Shown here one piece after another: positions 8,637-18,524 of a DNA stretch of 64,000 nt. A program made the position numbers and the translations under genes. Source of the stretch: Actinomycetota bacterium (GTDB taxonomy: Bacteria > Actinomycetota > Acidimicrobiia > IMCC26256 > PALSA-555); NCBI GenBank assembly GCA_016870355.1, contig VGBR01000011.1, positions 33,140 through 97,139 on the forward strand, read 5' to 3'. Position 1 is the first letter of the stretch. Each line of letters opens with the position of its first letter. The notes under the pieces were generated by a model. The model was given only the letters and a program-made list of their open reading frames with translations. It was not told the DNA's origin and made no database searches.

Positions 8637-9542
8637 ATGCCCTGGGAAGTCGATGGGTATCTGGCCACGCTGAGCGGCCGGAGCCACCACACCCGCCGTG
8701 CCTATGAGCACGATGTCCGGGAGTTCGTGGCCTGGGCCGAACGGGGCGGCTGTGTTGAGCCGAGGTCTGCTGACCGCCGGTCGCTGCGGCGATACCTCGC
8801 GTACCTGGGCACTCGCGGGTTCGCTCGCCGCTCGGTGTCACGCAAGACCGCGGCCGTGCGGGCGTACCTCCGGTACCTCCACCGTCAGGGTGTGCTTTCG
8901 TCCGACCCTGGACGCGCGCTGCGTGCACCGCGGGGCGACGCCCGGCTTCCTCGCGTCCCCAAGGCCGACGAGATCGGTGCGCTGCTCGACAACGCGAGCG
9001 CGCAGATCGGTCTCACCGATGCCGACCCCTTCGCAGCGGCGCTGGCTCGCCGCGATCTCGCCGTGCTCGAGCTCCTCTACGGCGCGGGCTTGCGCGTCAG
9101 TGAGTGCTGCGGCCTCTCCGTCGCGGATGTTGACCTGAAGGTCGGCCTCGTGACGGTCATCGGCAAAGGTGGACGGATGCGACGCGTCCCGCTCGGTGAG
9201 CCGTCACGCGCCGCGATCCGCGACTGGCTGAAGCACGGCCGACCCGTGCTCGCAACCGAAGACTCGCCGCCGCGCGCGGTGTTCCTGTCGCGACGAGGCG
9301 GGCAGCTCGGTCCACGCGACGCGCACCGCATCGTGGCGGCACAGCCGACGGGTTCACGCGACGTGCTGCACCCGCACGCGCTTCGACACGCGTACGCGAC
9401 CCATCTGCTCGAGGGTGGTGCAGACCTGCGCGCGGTTCAGGAGCTCCTTGGGCACGCCGACCTCGCGACCACGCAGATCTACACACATGTCACTCGCGAC
9501 CGCGTCCGTGCGGTCTACGACGAAAGCCACCCTCGTGCCTGA
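8637..9542 (+). CDS. xerC: Tyrosine recombinase XerC
   Basis: LYGAGLRVSE, GKG, HPHALRH.YATH, LLGH, TQIYTHV; start may be as far upstream as 8574. Confidence 0.9.
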   Translation: MPWEVDGYLATLSGRSHHTRRAYEHDVREFVAWAERGGCVEPRSADRRSLRRYLAYLGTRGFARRSVSRKTAAVRAYLRYLHRQGVLSSDPGRALRAPRGDARLPRVPKADEIGALLDNASAQIGLTDADPFAAALARRDLAVLELLYGAGLRVSECCGLSVADVDLKVGLVTVIGKGGRMRRVPLGEPSRAAIRDWLKHGRPVLATEDSPPRAVFLSRRGGQLGPRDAHRIVAAQPTGSRDVLHPHALRHAYATHLLEGGADLRAVQELLGHADLATTQIYTHVTRDRVRAVYDESHPRA

Positions 9543-10311
9543 CGATCCGGAGCTCACCGCGCTCATCCAGGGTCTCTGGGAGGACTACAAGGGCGGCGGG
9601 ACCACCGAGGCGCGCGAGCGCCTCATCATCCACTACTCACCGCTCGTGAAGTTCGTGGCTGGTCGTGTCGCCGCGGGTCTGCCCCAGAACATCGAGCAGA
9701 CCGACCTCGTCAGCTACGGGATCTTCGGGCTCATCGACGCTATCGACAAGTTCGAACCTGAGCGCGGCTTCAAGTTCGAGACCTACGCGATTGCGCGCAT
9801 CAAGGGCGCGATCATCGATGAGCTGCGCTCCATCGACTGGGTGCCGCGTTCGGTGCGCGCAAAGGCCCGAGCCGTCGAGCGCGCCTACTCGAAGCTCGAG
9901 AACGAGCTCCGGCGCAACCCGCAGGACGGGGAGGTGGCCAAGGAGCTCGGCATGACCGAAGACGAGCTCGGCGCGACCCTGTCGCAGATCTCCTTCACCG
10001 GCCTCGTCGCGCTCGATGACCTGATCGGGGCCGGCAACAGTGAACGGTCGGGATCCACCCTCGGCGAAACGCTCACCGACGGTGCCCACAATCCGGTCGA
10101 GGCGTTCGAAGTCGATGAGATGAAGCACCTGCTCGCTGACCTGATCAACCGCATGCCCGACCGCGAGCGGCTGGTGCTCACCCTCTACTACTACGAGGCA
10201 CTCACGCTCGCGGAGATCGGGCAAGTCCTGGGCGTCACCGAGAGCCGCGTCTGCCAGATCCACACCAAGGCGATCCTCCAACTGCGCGCTCGACTCGCCA
10301 ATCCCGCGTAA
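9535..10311 (+). CDS. whiG: WhiG/FliA family (sigma-28) RNA polymerase sigma factor
   Basis: KFETYA..IKGAIIDELRSIDWVPRSVR; LYYYE.LTL.EIG.VLGVTESRVCQIH. Confidence 0.93.
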   Translation: MPDDPELTALIQGLWEDYKGGGTTEARERLIIHYSPLVKFVAGRVAAGLPQNIEQTDLVSYGIFGLIDAIDKFEPERGFKFETYAIARIKGAIIDELRSIDWVPRSVRAKARAVERAYSKLENELRRNPQDGEVAKELGMTEDELGATLSQISFTGLVALDDLIGAGNSERSGSTLGETLTDGAHNPVEAFEVDEMKHLLADLINRMPDRERLVLTLYYYEALTLAEIGQVLGVTESRVCQIHTKAILQLRARLANPA

Positions 10312-10419
10312 CCGCGCAGGAAAACCGGAGTCTGCTCTTCCCATCGACCGCGCGCGCCGCTACGGTGCTGCGCACTTCCCTTCGGCTTCCCCGCCCGTGT
10401 CCAACCCCGGGGGAAGCCG

Positions 10420-12210
10420 ATGCCACCGCTACGTGCGCAGAAGCGCCGCGCGCCGTGGGTGCTGGTCGTCACGCTCACGGCCCTTGTCGTCAGCACGTTT
10501 CCGGCACCGCCTGCGTTCGCCGCTGACAACTGGTCGCCGCCGGTGCCCGGTGTCGTCGTGCGCGGCTACCGGGAACCACTGGCGCAGTTCGCGCCAGGTC
10601 ACCGCGGCGTCGACCTTGCGGCACCCGCGGGCACCATCGTGCGAGCCGCAAGCGACGGAACGATCACGTTCGCGGGCGACGTCTCCGGCGCGCTTCACGT
10701 CGTCATCGAGCACACCGGCGGAATCCGCACGTCCTACTCGTTCCTTGCTCATGTCGACGTAGAGGCCGGCGACACGGTTCGTCGGGGCGCGGTTGTCGGG
10801 ACCGCGGGCGGCCGCGGGAGTGGTCACGCCACCGGGGTCTTGCACTTCGGCGCCCGATCCGGGAGTCGCTACTTCGACCCGATGCTGCTGTTCGGTCCGA
10901 CCGACCTCACCGAGCTCGTGCGGTTGGCTCCCGCTGATCGGATCACGGCAACCGACGTCGCGCTGCTCCTGCGCGAGTTCGACGACGGCTGCGGTCTTCT
11001 CTGTGACATCGGCAATGCAATTGGCGACAGCACTGATTGGGTGGTCGACCAGGTCGAGGATGCCATCGAGCTCGGGATCGAGGCGCTGCGCACCATTGGC
11101 GAGCTCACGGAAGAGCTCATCGAAGAGATCGAGCAACTCGCCCGCGAGGTGCTCGAGACGCTCATCGAAGCTGCGGCGGACGTCGTCGAAGCGGTCGCGC
11201 AGTTCGCCGAGATGCTCGTCAACGGGGTGGCCGAGTTCGTCGAAGCCATCATCGAAGCCGGCATTCTTCTCTACGAGCAGCTCACGTCGTGTCCGCAACC
11301 GCCACCGAAGGCGCACTCGAAGGGCTCGGGCAATGCCGCCTTCCTCGTTGCCGGCCTGACGAGCTCGATCACGAAGCGGCCTCCCGACAAGCACGGCGAC
11401 GTGTACGACGAGTCCTTCAAGCCGCGCCTGAATCCGCTGGGTTACACGCGCGACGAGGTCGAGCACTTCTCGTACCGCGAAGGGTCGCGTACGTATCGCC
11501 CACAAGACACCGTCACTGATCTCCACGAGCAGGCGGCGTCGATGGGTCGTCAGCTCAAGGAGTGGGCTCGAGAGCATCCCGGCGAGTCCATCGACCTCAT
11601 CGGACACTCACAAGGAGGTGTGGTGATCGATCTCTTCCTGATCGAGCAGTACGCAGGGCACGAAGACGAGTTCCCACCGATCGAGAACATCGTGACGTTC
11701 GGATCCCCTCACGAGGGGACGCCGATCGCTGACTTTGCAGAGAAGGTCGACAATCACCTCTCGCTCGGTATCGCGGCGCGCACGCTTGACCCGTTGGACT
11801 TGATCGGTTCGGATGCGGTCACGCAGATGACTTCTGATTCGTCGACGATTGACGGGATACAGAGTCATGACGACATCACCAACGGAATCCGATTCCTGTC
11901 GATCGCGGGCTCGGAGGATCCCATCGTGCCTTCGAACAGGAGCGACGTACCTGGGGCTACCAAGGTCGTGGTGCCGGTAGGCGTTCCGTTGCTTCCCGAC
12001 GATCACAGTGCCGTGGTCCGCGACGACGACGCGATCAGCGCCGCGCAAGCGCACTTGGAAGGTCGATCGCCCGCTGACTCGTGCGGGCTGCTCGTGGACG
12101 TAGGAGGAGAGTTGTGGTCGGGGCTCGTCGACTGGGCGGCCAAGAAGACCACCACCGTTCCCGGCGACCTTGGCCCAGTCGACGAGTTCGTCAGGGACCA
12201 CGTCCTGTGA
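10420..12210 (+). CDS. Secreted fusion protein: M23 peptidase domain, acidic helical linker, alpha/beta-hydrolase
   Basis: Signal peptide; HRGVD and LHFG (M23); GHSQGG, TFGSPH, EDPIVP and DH (Ser-Asp-His triad). Confidence 0.85.
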   Translation: MPPLRAQKRRAPWVLVVTLTALVVSTFPAPPAFAADNWSPPVPGVVVRGYREPLAQFAPGHRGVDLAAPAGTIVRAASDGTITFAGDVSGALHVVIEHTGGIRTSYSFLAHVDVEAGDTVRRGAVVGTAGGRGSGHATGVLHFGARSGSRYFDPMLLFGPTDLTELVRLAPADRITATDVALLLREFDDGCGLLCDIGNAIGDSTDWVVDQVEDAIELGIEALRTIGELTEELIEEIEQLAREVLETLIEAAADVVEAVAQFAEMLVNGVAEFVEAIIEAGILLYEQLTSCPQPPPKAHSKGSGNAAFLVAGLTSSITKRPPDKHGDVYDESFKPRLNPLGYTRDEVEHFSYREGSRTYRPQDTVTDLHEQAASMGRQLKEWAREHPGESIDLIGHSQGGVVIDLFLIEQYAGHEDEFPPIENIVTFGSPHEGTPIADFAEKVDNHLSLGIAARTLDPLDLIGSDAVTQMTSDSSTIDGIQSHDDITNGIRFLSIAGSEDPIVPSNRSDVPGATKVVVPVGVPLLPDDHSAVVRDDDAISAAQAHLEGRSPADSCGLLVDVGGELWSGLVDWAAKKTTTVPGDLGPVDEFVRDHVL

Positions 12211-13352
12211 GCACCCGGATCGCTCGACGCTTGGCTGTGACGGCGCTCGTCATGTGCATGTGCACGCTTGCGCCGCACGTTGCCGTCGCCGAGGAGCACA
12301 CGCTCGAGCCCCAGTGGTCGGCTGCCGGACCAGACGCGCCATCGCTGCTTTCGGCCGACGCAAGCGGCGCGGCCGCGCTCGGCCACACCGGTGACGTCGT
12401 GGTCGTCGACAGCGAGGGCGAGGAGCTGTGGCGCCGCTCTGTGGACGCCTCAACCGTCGGACCGGTCGCGATCGGCGGAGATGTAGTGGTCGTCGTCGCG
12501 GACGACCAGCTCCTGCTCGCCTTTGATCGCGCGTCGGGAGCGGAACGCTGGCGGCACCAGCTCGCCCGGATCGACTCCGTCGCAGTCGGTGCCGGTGCTG
12601 CCGGCGAGACGTTGGCTGCGCTGGTCACGGAGGAAGGCGGCGTCGAGCTGTTGGATGGCGGTAGCGGAGCCGTGCGATGGACCGTCGCCGTCCCGGTCGG
12701 CGAGAAGATGTTCGGTTCGCGCGCGTGGATCACGGACTCACGCGTGATGATCATGTGGCAGGACGAAGAGGCGCGCCTGCGAGTCTTCGATGTCGTCACC
12801 GGAGCCGTGAGCTGGGGTTACGGCGCACCCGAGCTCTTCACGATGCCAGCAGTGACGAATGGCATCGTGGCGTTCACGGAGGCCATCCGCCTCAATGCGC
12901 GCAAGACGCGCGTGATCGGGTCGATGCGCGGTTTCGCAGTCGCCGACGGGCGCGAGCTGTGGACTCGCTCGACGCGGAGCAAGTCGGGCTTCTTCACGGG
13001 GGTCGCGACAGCGGCTGGTGAAGGCGGCATCGCGATGGTGGATCTGGAAGGGAAGGTGACTGCGCTCGATCCGCAAAGCGGTGAGGTTCGTTGGCGCCGC
13101 GAGACCGGCTTGCTCCAGTTCGAAGCAGAGCCACACGTGGTCGGCAACGTGTTCGTGCTTCCCATGTACGGCACGGGCTTGTTCGCGGCGGACGTGACCG
13201 ACGGCGAGCCCATCGAGATCGATGCGATCAGACCCGGCCAGACGGCGATGACGATCGAGGCCACCGCGTCCGCCGGCAACCGGCTCTACCTCCTCGTGTC
13301 GTTCCCATGGGGCGACAACGAGATCTGGATGCTCGAACCCACGTCGACCTGA
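12207..13352 (+). CDS. Secreted PQQ-like (BamB-type) beta-propeller protein
   Basis: Signal peptide; repeated A.D..SG...W blades; GTGA overlap with upstream stop. Confidence 0.85.
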   Translation: MSTRIARRLAVTALVMCMCTLAPHVAVAEEHTLEPQWSAAGPDAPSLLSADASGAAALGHTGDVVVVDSEGEELWRRSVDASTVGPVAIGGDVVVVVADDQLLLAFDRASGAERWRHQLARIDSVAVGAGAAGETLAALVTEEGGVELLDGGSGAVRWTVAVPVGEKMFGSRAWITDSRVMIMWQDEEARLRVFDVVTGAVSWGYGAPELFTMPAVTNGIVAFTEAIRLNARKTRVIGSMRGFAVADGRELWTRSTRSKSGFFTGVATAAGEGGIAMVDLEGKVTALDPQSGEVRWRRETGLLQFEAEPHVVGNVFVLPMYGTGLFAADVTDGEPIEIDAIRPGQTAMTIEATASAGNRLYLLVSFPWGDNEIWMLEPTST

Positions 13353-13395
13353 CGCCGCGCACCCGTCCGGCGGGAGGTCGGGATGGGGTCACCGC

Positions 13396-13517
13396 TACAC
13401 TGGCTCCTCGACTCGGACGCCTTCGGGGGTCCGGGATCTCACAGGCCCACCGCCTCAGGGTCGCTCCGCTTCGGCGGGGTGCCGGCGGGCCGACGCACAA
13501 CTCAAGAGGAGTCACCA
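13396..13517 (+). promoter_or_regulatory. rpsB promoter (-10 TACACT) and 5' leader
   Basis: TACACT at 13396-13401, ~115-nt GC-rich leader, GAGGAG RBS. Confidence 0.5.
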
Positions 13518-14513
13518 GTGGCTGTCGTCACCATGAAGCAGCTTCTGGAGGCCGGGGTCCACTTCGGTCACCAGACGCGCCGTTGGAACCCGAAGATGCG
13601 TCGCTTCATCTTCGGGGAGCGCAACGGGATCTACATCGTCGACCTCCAGCAGACGCTGGACCGGATCGACACCGCCTATCGCTTCATCCGCAAGACGGTG
13701 GAAGATGGCGGGACGGTCCTGTTCGTGGGCACCAAGAAGCAGGCCCAGGAGCCGGTGCAGAGCCAGGCTGACCGGTGCGGCATGCCGTACGTGAACTACC
13801 GGTGGCTTGGCGGGATGCTCACCAACTTCCAGACCGTGCACGCACGCGTCTCGAAGCTGCACGAGCTCGACCGCATGGTGGCGTCGGGCGAGACCGAGCA
13901 GATGATCAAGAAGGAAGGCCTGAAGGTCAAGCGCGAGCGCGACAAGCTCCAGCGCAACCTCGGCGGCATCGCAAAGATGGAGAAGCTCCCCGACGCGGTG
14001 TTCGTGATCGACACCAAGAAGGAGCACATCGCCGTCACCGAGGCGAACCGGCTCGGCATCCCGGTGATCGCGGTGGTCGACACCAACTGCGACCCCGACA
14101 TCATCGACTTCGTGATCCCCGGCAACGACGACGCGATCCGCTCCGCGTCCCTGATGAGCCGCATCGTCGCCGACGCGGTGCACGAAGGTCGGCTGCTCGC
14201 GCAGCGCAAGGGTGGCAGCAAGCCAGCGGAGAAGGCCGAGAAGGCAGCGCCGAAGGAGCTCACGCCCGAGGAGCAGGTCGCGACGAACGAGGCGCAACAG
14301 AAGGCGAAGGACGAAGCCGCGGCCGCGCAGGTGAAGCGCGAGGCCAAAGCCAAGACCGCAAAGAAGGCGCCGGCCAAGAAGGCGGCCGCAAAGGATGATG
14401 GTGGCGCGGCGGCCGAGGCGACCGACACGGCGGACGCGCCCGCCGACGCACCAGCAGAACCAGCACCCGAGGCAGCCGCTGACGCAGCTGCAGACGAGAA
14501 AGCAGCTACCTGA
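13518..14513 (+). CDS. rpsB: 30S ribosomal protein S2
   Basis: [37 protein letters not shown]. Confidence 0.98.
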   Translation: MAVVTMKQLLEAGVHFGHQTRRWNPKMRRFIFGERNGIYIVDLQQTLDRIDTAYRFIRKTVEDGGTVLFVGTKKQAQEPVQSQADRCGMPYVNYRWLGGMLTNFQTVHARVSKLHELDRMVASGETEQMIKKEGLKVKRERDKLQRNLGGIAKMEKLPDAVFVIDTKKEHIAVTEANRLGIPVIAVVDTNCDPDIIDFVIPGNDDAIRSASLMSRIVADAVHEGRLLAQRKGGSKPAEKAEKAAPKELTPEEQVATNEAQQKAKDEAAAAQVKREAKAKTAKKAPAKKAAAKDDGGAAAEATDTADAPADAPAEPAPEAAADAAADEKAAT

Positions 14514-15358
14514 TGGCGGACTTCTCCGCAGCCGACGTCGCGGCCCTCCGCAAGGCCACCGGCGCTGGGATGATGGACTGCAAGACGGCGCTCACCGAGA
14601 ACAACGGCGACATGGAGGCAGCCAAGGACTGGCTGCGCACCAAGGGCCTCGCCGGTGCGGGCAAGCGCGCCGGGCGCGCGGCTGACCAGGGTGCGATCGA
14701 CGTTGTTGTCGACGGTGGCGTCGGCGCGCTCGTCGAGCTCACCGCCGAGACCGACTTCGTGGCCAAGAGTGCCGAGTTCACCGACACGGTGACCAAGCTC
14801 GCGCAGCTCGCCGCCAAGGAGAAGCCCGACAACCTCGGCGGCCTGCCGTTCGAGGGCAGCACGGTCGAGGAGCACGTCACCCAGATGGCCGCCAAGCTCG
14901 GTGAGAACGTCGCGCTCGGTCGCGTCGCGGTCTTCGACGGTGGCGACGGGGTCATCGACGGCTACAAGCACGTCCAGAACGGTCGCGGCACGATCGGCGT
15001 GCTCGTGGAGGTCGGTGGCGTCGATCCGATGGACGCCAAGGCGACCGAGGTCGCGCACGACATCGCGCTGCACATCGCCTCCGCGGCACCGAGGTGGGCG
15101 ACGCGTGACGAGGTGCCGCCCGACGTGGTCGAGAAGGAGCGGGCGGTGCTCGAGGAGCTCACCCGCAACGAGGGCAAGCCCGAGAACGCGCTCGAGAAGA
15201 TCGTCGAGGGTCGGCTCAACGGCTTCTACAAGGAGAACGTGCTCGTCGAGCAGGCCTTCGTGCGCGACGCCAAGACCACGGTCGGCAAGCTCGTCGAGGG
15301 GCTCGGCAAGGACGCGAGCGTGAAGCGCTTCGCCCGGGTGAAGATCGGCGAGGACTAA
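14513..15358 (+). CDS. tsf: Elongation factor Ts
   Basis: LRKATGAGMMDCK, ETDFVAK motifs; follows rpsB. Confidence 0.98.
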   Translation: MADFSAADVAALRKATGAGMMDCKTALTENNGDMEAAKDWLRTKGLAGAGKRAGRAADQGAIDVVVDGGVGALVELTAETDFVAKSAEFTDTVTKLAQLAAKEKPDNLGGLPFEGSTVEEHVTQMAAKLGENVALGRVAVFDGGDGVIDGYKHVQNGRGTIGVLVEVGGVDPMDAKATEVAHDIALHIASAAPRWATRDEVPPDVVEKERAVLEELTRNEGKPENALEKIVEGRLNGFYKENVLVEQAFVRDAKTTVGKLVEGLGKDASVKRFARVKIGED

Positions 15359-15520
15359 CTAGGAGTCCAACCGCCCCGGGTCGAAGCGACGTGATCCGAC
15401 CCGGTCGCCCAATCCCTGCCCCCGCCTTCGGTTCGCTCAACGCGCACGTGGGTTGAACGCCGCGATCGCCCGGTAGGGTGGCTCGCCGACCGGGCCGGGC
15501 ATGCACACCAGGAGGATGAC

Positions 15521-16252
15521 GTGGCCGAGAGCCAGTACCGGAGGGTGGTGCTGAAGCTCTCGGGTGAGGCGTTCGCCGACACGTCCATCGGGTACGGCAT
15601 CGACGCCGCGGTCGTGCAGCGCATCGCCGATGAAGTGGCGCACGCGCACAACAACCTCGGTGTCGAGATGGCGATCGTGGTGGGCGGCGGCAACATCTTC
15701 CGGGGCATGAGCGGCGCCCAACGGGGCATGGACCGCGCCCGGGCGGACTACATGGGCATGCTCGCCACCGTCATCAACGCGCTCGCGATCCAGGACGCGC
15801 TCGAGTCGATCGACCAGCCGGTGCGAGTGCAGACGGCGATCACGATGTCGCAGGTAGCCGAGCCCTACATCCCGCGCCGCGCGATCCGTCACCTCGAGAA
15901 GGGTCGCGTCGTGGTGTTCGCAGCCGGCACGGGGAACCCGTTCTTCACCACCGACACCACCGCCGCGCTGCGCGGCGCGGAGATCGGCGCCGAGGCGATC
16001 CTGAAGGGCACGCATTCCGGCGTCGACGGCATCTACTCCGCCGACCCGCGCAAGCACGCCGATGCCGAGAAGCTCACCGAGGTGAGCCACTTCGAGGTGC
16101 TCAACAAGCGGCTCGAGGTGATGGACTCGACCGCCATCACGTTCTGCATGGACAACAAGCTGCCGATCATCGTGTTCGACGTGATGCAGCCGGGCAACAT
16201 CGCCCGCGCGCTCGTGGGCGAGCCGATCGGCACGCTCGTCCGCACCGCCTGA
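15521..16252 (+). CDS. pyrH: UMP kinase
   Basis: [24 protein letters not shown]. Confidence 0.98.
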   Translation: MAESQYRRVVLKLSGEAFADTSIGYGIDAAVVQRIADEVAHAHNNLGVEMAIVVGGGNIFRGMSGAQRGMDRARADYMGMLATVINALAIQDALESIDQPVRVQTAITMSQVAEPYIPRRAIRHLEKGRVVVFAAGTGNPFFTTDTTAALRGAEIGAEAILKGTHSGVDGIYSADPRKHADAEKLTEVSHFEVLNKRLEVMDSTAITFCMDNKLPIIVFDVMQPGNIARALVGEPIGTLVRTA

Positions 16253-16268
16253 GACCGAAGGGAGCATC

Positions 16269-16841
16269 GTGGCCGACAACGAGCTCGCCGACCTCGCGGT
16301 CGAGGAGTGTCACGACAAGATGAAGAAGGCGATCGAGCACCTCAAGGGAGAGTTCGGCGCGGTGCGCACCGGTCGCGCCAACCCCGGGCTCGTCGAGAAG
16401 CTCATGGTCGACTCGTATGGCGCGATGGTGCCGCTTCAGCAGCTCGCTGGGTGCAGCGTGCCCGAGCCGCGGCTGCTCGTGATCTCGCCGTACGACAAGA
16501 ACAACATCAAGGCCATCGAGAAGGCGATCAATGCGAGCGACCTCGGGGTGAACCCGAGCAACGACGGTGTGGTCATCCGCCTCGCCTTCCCGCAGCTCAC
16601 CGAGGATCGCCGCAAGGAGCTCGTGAAGGTCGTGAAGGCGAGAGCGGAAGAGGGCCGGGTGGCCGTCCGCAACATCCGCCGCGACGCCCGCAAGGACCTC
16701 GAAGCCCTCCAGAAGGACAACGACATCTCCAAGGACGACCTCGAGCGGGTCGAGAAGGACCTCGACAAGCACACCCACGGGGTCGTGGCCGAGATCGACA
16801 CCCTCCTCTCCCACAAGGAGAAGGAGCTCCTCGAGGTCTAG
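16269..16841 (+). CDS. frr: Ribosome recycling factor
   Basis: RTGRANP, PQLTEDRRKEL, VRNIRRD. Confidence 0.98.
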   Translation: MADNELADLAVEECHDKMKKAIEHLKGEFGAVRTGRANPGLVEKLMVDSYGAMVPLQQLAGCSVPEPRLLVISPYDKNNIKAIEKAINASDLGVNPSNDGVVIRLAFPQLTEDRRKELVKVVKARAEEGRVAVRNIRRDARKDLEALQKDNDISKDDLERVEKDLDKHTHGVVAEIDTLLSHKEKELLEV

Positions 16842-16845
16842 GTAT

Positions 16846-16933
16846 CACGGGGGAGGCAGGCCTCCCCCGTGTGCCCCCTCCGGCGCGACCAGAGCCTCGA
16901 CCCTGTGGTTGCGGGGCGGCAAAGCCACCCCGC
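16846..16933. repeat. Two GC-rich hairpins after frr (terminator or REP-like)
   Basis: CACGGGGGAGG-CAGG-CCTCCCCCGTG (16846-16871) and GCGGGGCGGC-AAA-GCCACCCCGC (16911-16933); no U-tract. Confidence 0.55.
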
Positions 16934-17021
16934 GGCGAGCCAAGTCCAATCCCACGAACCTCACAGCCCACTCTGGCCCCCCCTGTCGCTCGGAGACCCT
17001 GGCGTCTAACCTGGTGGCCCT

Positions 17022-18524
17022 ATGTCGGACTGGCGGGACGACGATTTTGTCGACGACGACTGGGTGCCTCGCCCGGCAGGCGAGGGTGTCCGGGTCGTCG
17101 GCGACCAAGGCCACGAGTTCGCCCGGCCGCCCGAGGCGCCGCCCCCGGCGGCGGCACCGGGCCGACGGCCCGCGGGGCGCTTCCCCCTGCCCGGCGAGGG
17201 CGCCGGCAACGAGAACGAGTTCTGGGGCGACGAGGCCCCGCCGCCCCGTCGCCGTGGTCATGACGAGACCCCTGTCGAGCTGCCCCATTGGACCGAGCCG
17301 GCCACTGGCCAGGTGCCGCGGGTCCTCGGCGGCGGTGACGCCGACGACGACTTCGGGCCCTGGGCGCAGGTGAGTGGCCGGGCCGGGCCGCGCTACCGCA
17401 CCGGCGGCGCTGACTGGGCCGGCGGCGACTGGGCCGAGGGCGAGCTGTTCAAGGACGAGACCACCGGGATGGGCGCGCTCGCCGACTCACACGACATGGG
17501 TGACGTCGCGCCCCGCAAGCGCGGGCGCCGCGGCCGGCGCGGGCGACGGCCCGAGCGCGACTTCGAGCACGACATGCCATCGCAGGCACCGGGCACGCTC
17601 GAGGGGTCCGCGCCCGCGGGTCCGCACGACGGCTTTCACGGCGGCTACGCCGAGGGCTACGAGACCGGCTACGACTACGAGAGCTACGAAAAGGACGGTC
17701 CGGCACGCGCCGAGGTCGGGCCGCGTCTGATCACCGGCGTGATCATGGCGGCGGTGTGCTTGGGTGCGTTCGCCGCCGGTCGCGTGCCGGCCATGCTGCT
17801 CGTCACCGCGATCGTGGGCGCGGGAGCGTTCGAGCTGTACACCGCGTTCCAACGCGCCGGGTACCACCCGGCGACACTCCTCGGCTTGGTCGGGTGCGCG
17901 ATGGTCGTGCCGCTCGCGTTCGAGCAAGGGCCTAGTGGAATCCTCATCGGCGCGTTGCTCATGGGCGCGTTCACACTGATCTGGTACTTGTTCCAGGTCG
18001 TGCATGCACGCGCGACCGTCAACATCGGACTGTCGCTCATCCCGTTCGCATGGGTCGGCATCTTTGGCGCCTACGCGGGGATGCTGCTGTCCAACGATCC
18101 CGGTGGCACCGGGCTGGTGCTCGGCGTCGCCATCTGCGCAGTCGGCTTCGACGTCGTCGCCTACTTCATCGGCCGGTCGATGGGCCGCACGCCGTTGCTC
18201 CCGCGGGTGTCGCCGAACAAGACCGTCGAGGGGCTGGTCGCCGGCGCGATCGCCGCGATCGCGCTGGGCGGCGTCGTCGGCAGCACGCTGCACCCCTGGG
18301 CCGACAAGGGCATCGGCGCCGGGATCGTGCTCGGGATCCTCGTCGCCATCACCGCCCCCCTCGGCGACCTCGCTGAGTCGATGATCAAGCGCGACCTCGG
18401 CGTGAAGGACCTCGGCGGGATCCTGCCTGGGCACGGCGGCTTCCTCGACCGCTTCGATGCCATCCTCTTCACGCTCCCCGCGGCCTTCTACTGGGCAGTT
18501 CACCTGGCACCATTCGGTTCGTGA
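17022..18524 (+). CDS. cdsA: Phosphatidate cytidylyltransferase with long disordered N-terminal extension
   Basis: SPNKTVEG, GDLAESMIKR.LGVKD, PGHGGFLDRFD; frr-cdsA-dxr synteny. Confidence 0.93.
   Translation: MSDWRDDDFVDDDWVPRPAGEGVRVVGDQGHEFARPPEAPPPAAAPGRRPAGRFPLPGEGAGNENEFWGDEAPPPRRRGHDETPVELPHWTEPATGQVPRVLGGGDADDDFGPWAQVSGRAGPRYRTGGADWAGGDWAEGELFKDETTGMGALADSHDMGDVAPRKRGRRGRRGRRPERDFEHDMPSQAPGTLEGSAPAGPHDGFHGGYAEGYETGYDYESYEKDGPARAEVGPRLITGVIMAAVCLGAFAAGRVPAMLLVTAIVGAGAFELYTAFQRAGYHPATLLGLVGCAMVVPLAFEQGPSGILIGALLMGAFTLIWYLFQVVHARATVNIGLSLIPFAWVGIFGAYAGMLLSNDPGGTGLVLGVAICAVGFDVVAYFIGRSMGRTPLLPRVSPNKTVEGLVAGAIAAIALGGVVGSTLHPWADKGIGAGIVLGILVAITAPLGDLAESMIKRDLGVKDLGGILPGHGGFLDRFDAILFTLPAAFYWAVHLAPFGS

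Noticed and set aside
8574-9542. Tyrosine recombinase as integrase of a mobile element
   Set aside because: Size, motifs and position beside dprA/whiG/rpsB fit housekeeping XerC; no att repeats or phage genes were seen.
15370-15470. Hairpins between tsf and pyrH as a third family B copy
   Set aside because: Only CGCTCAAC..GTTGAACG partly matches and the loop length differs.
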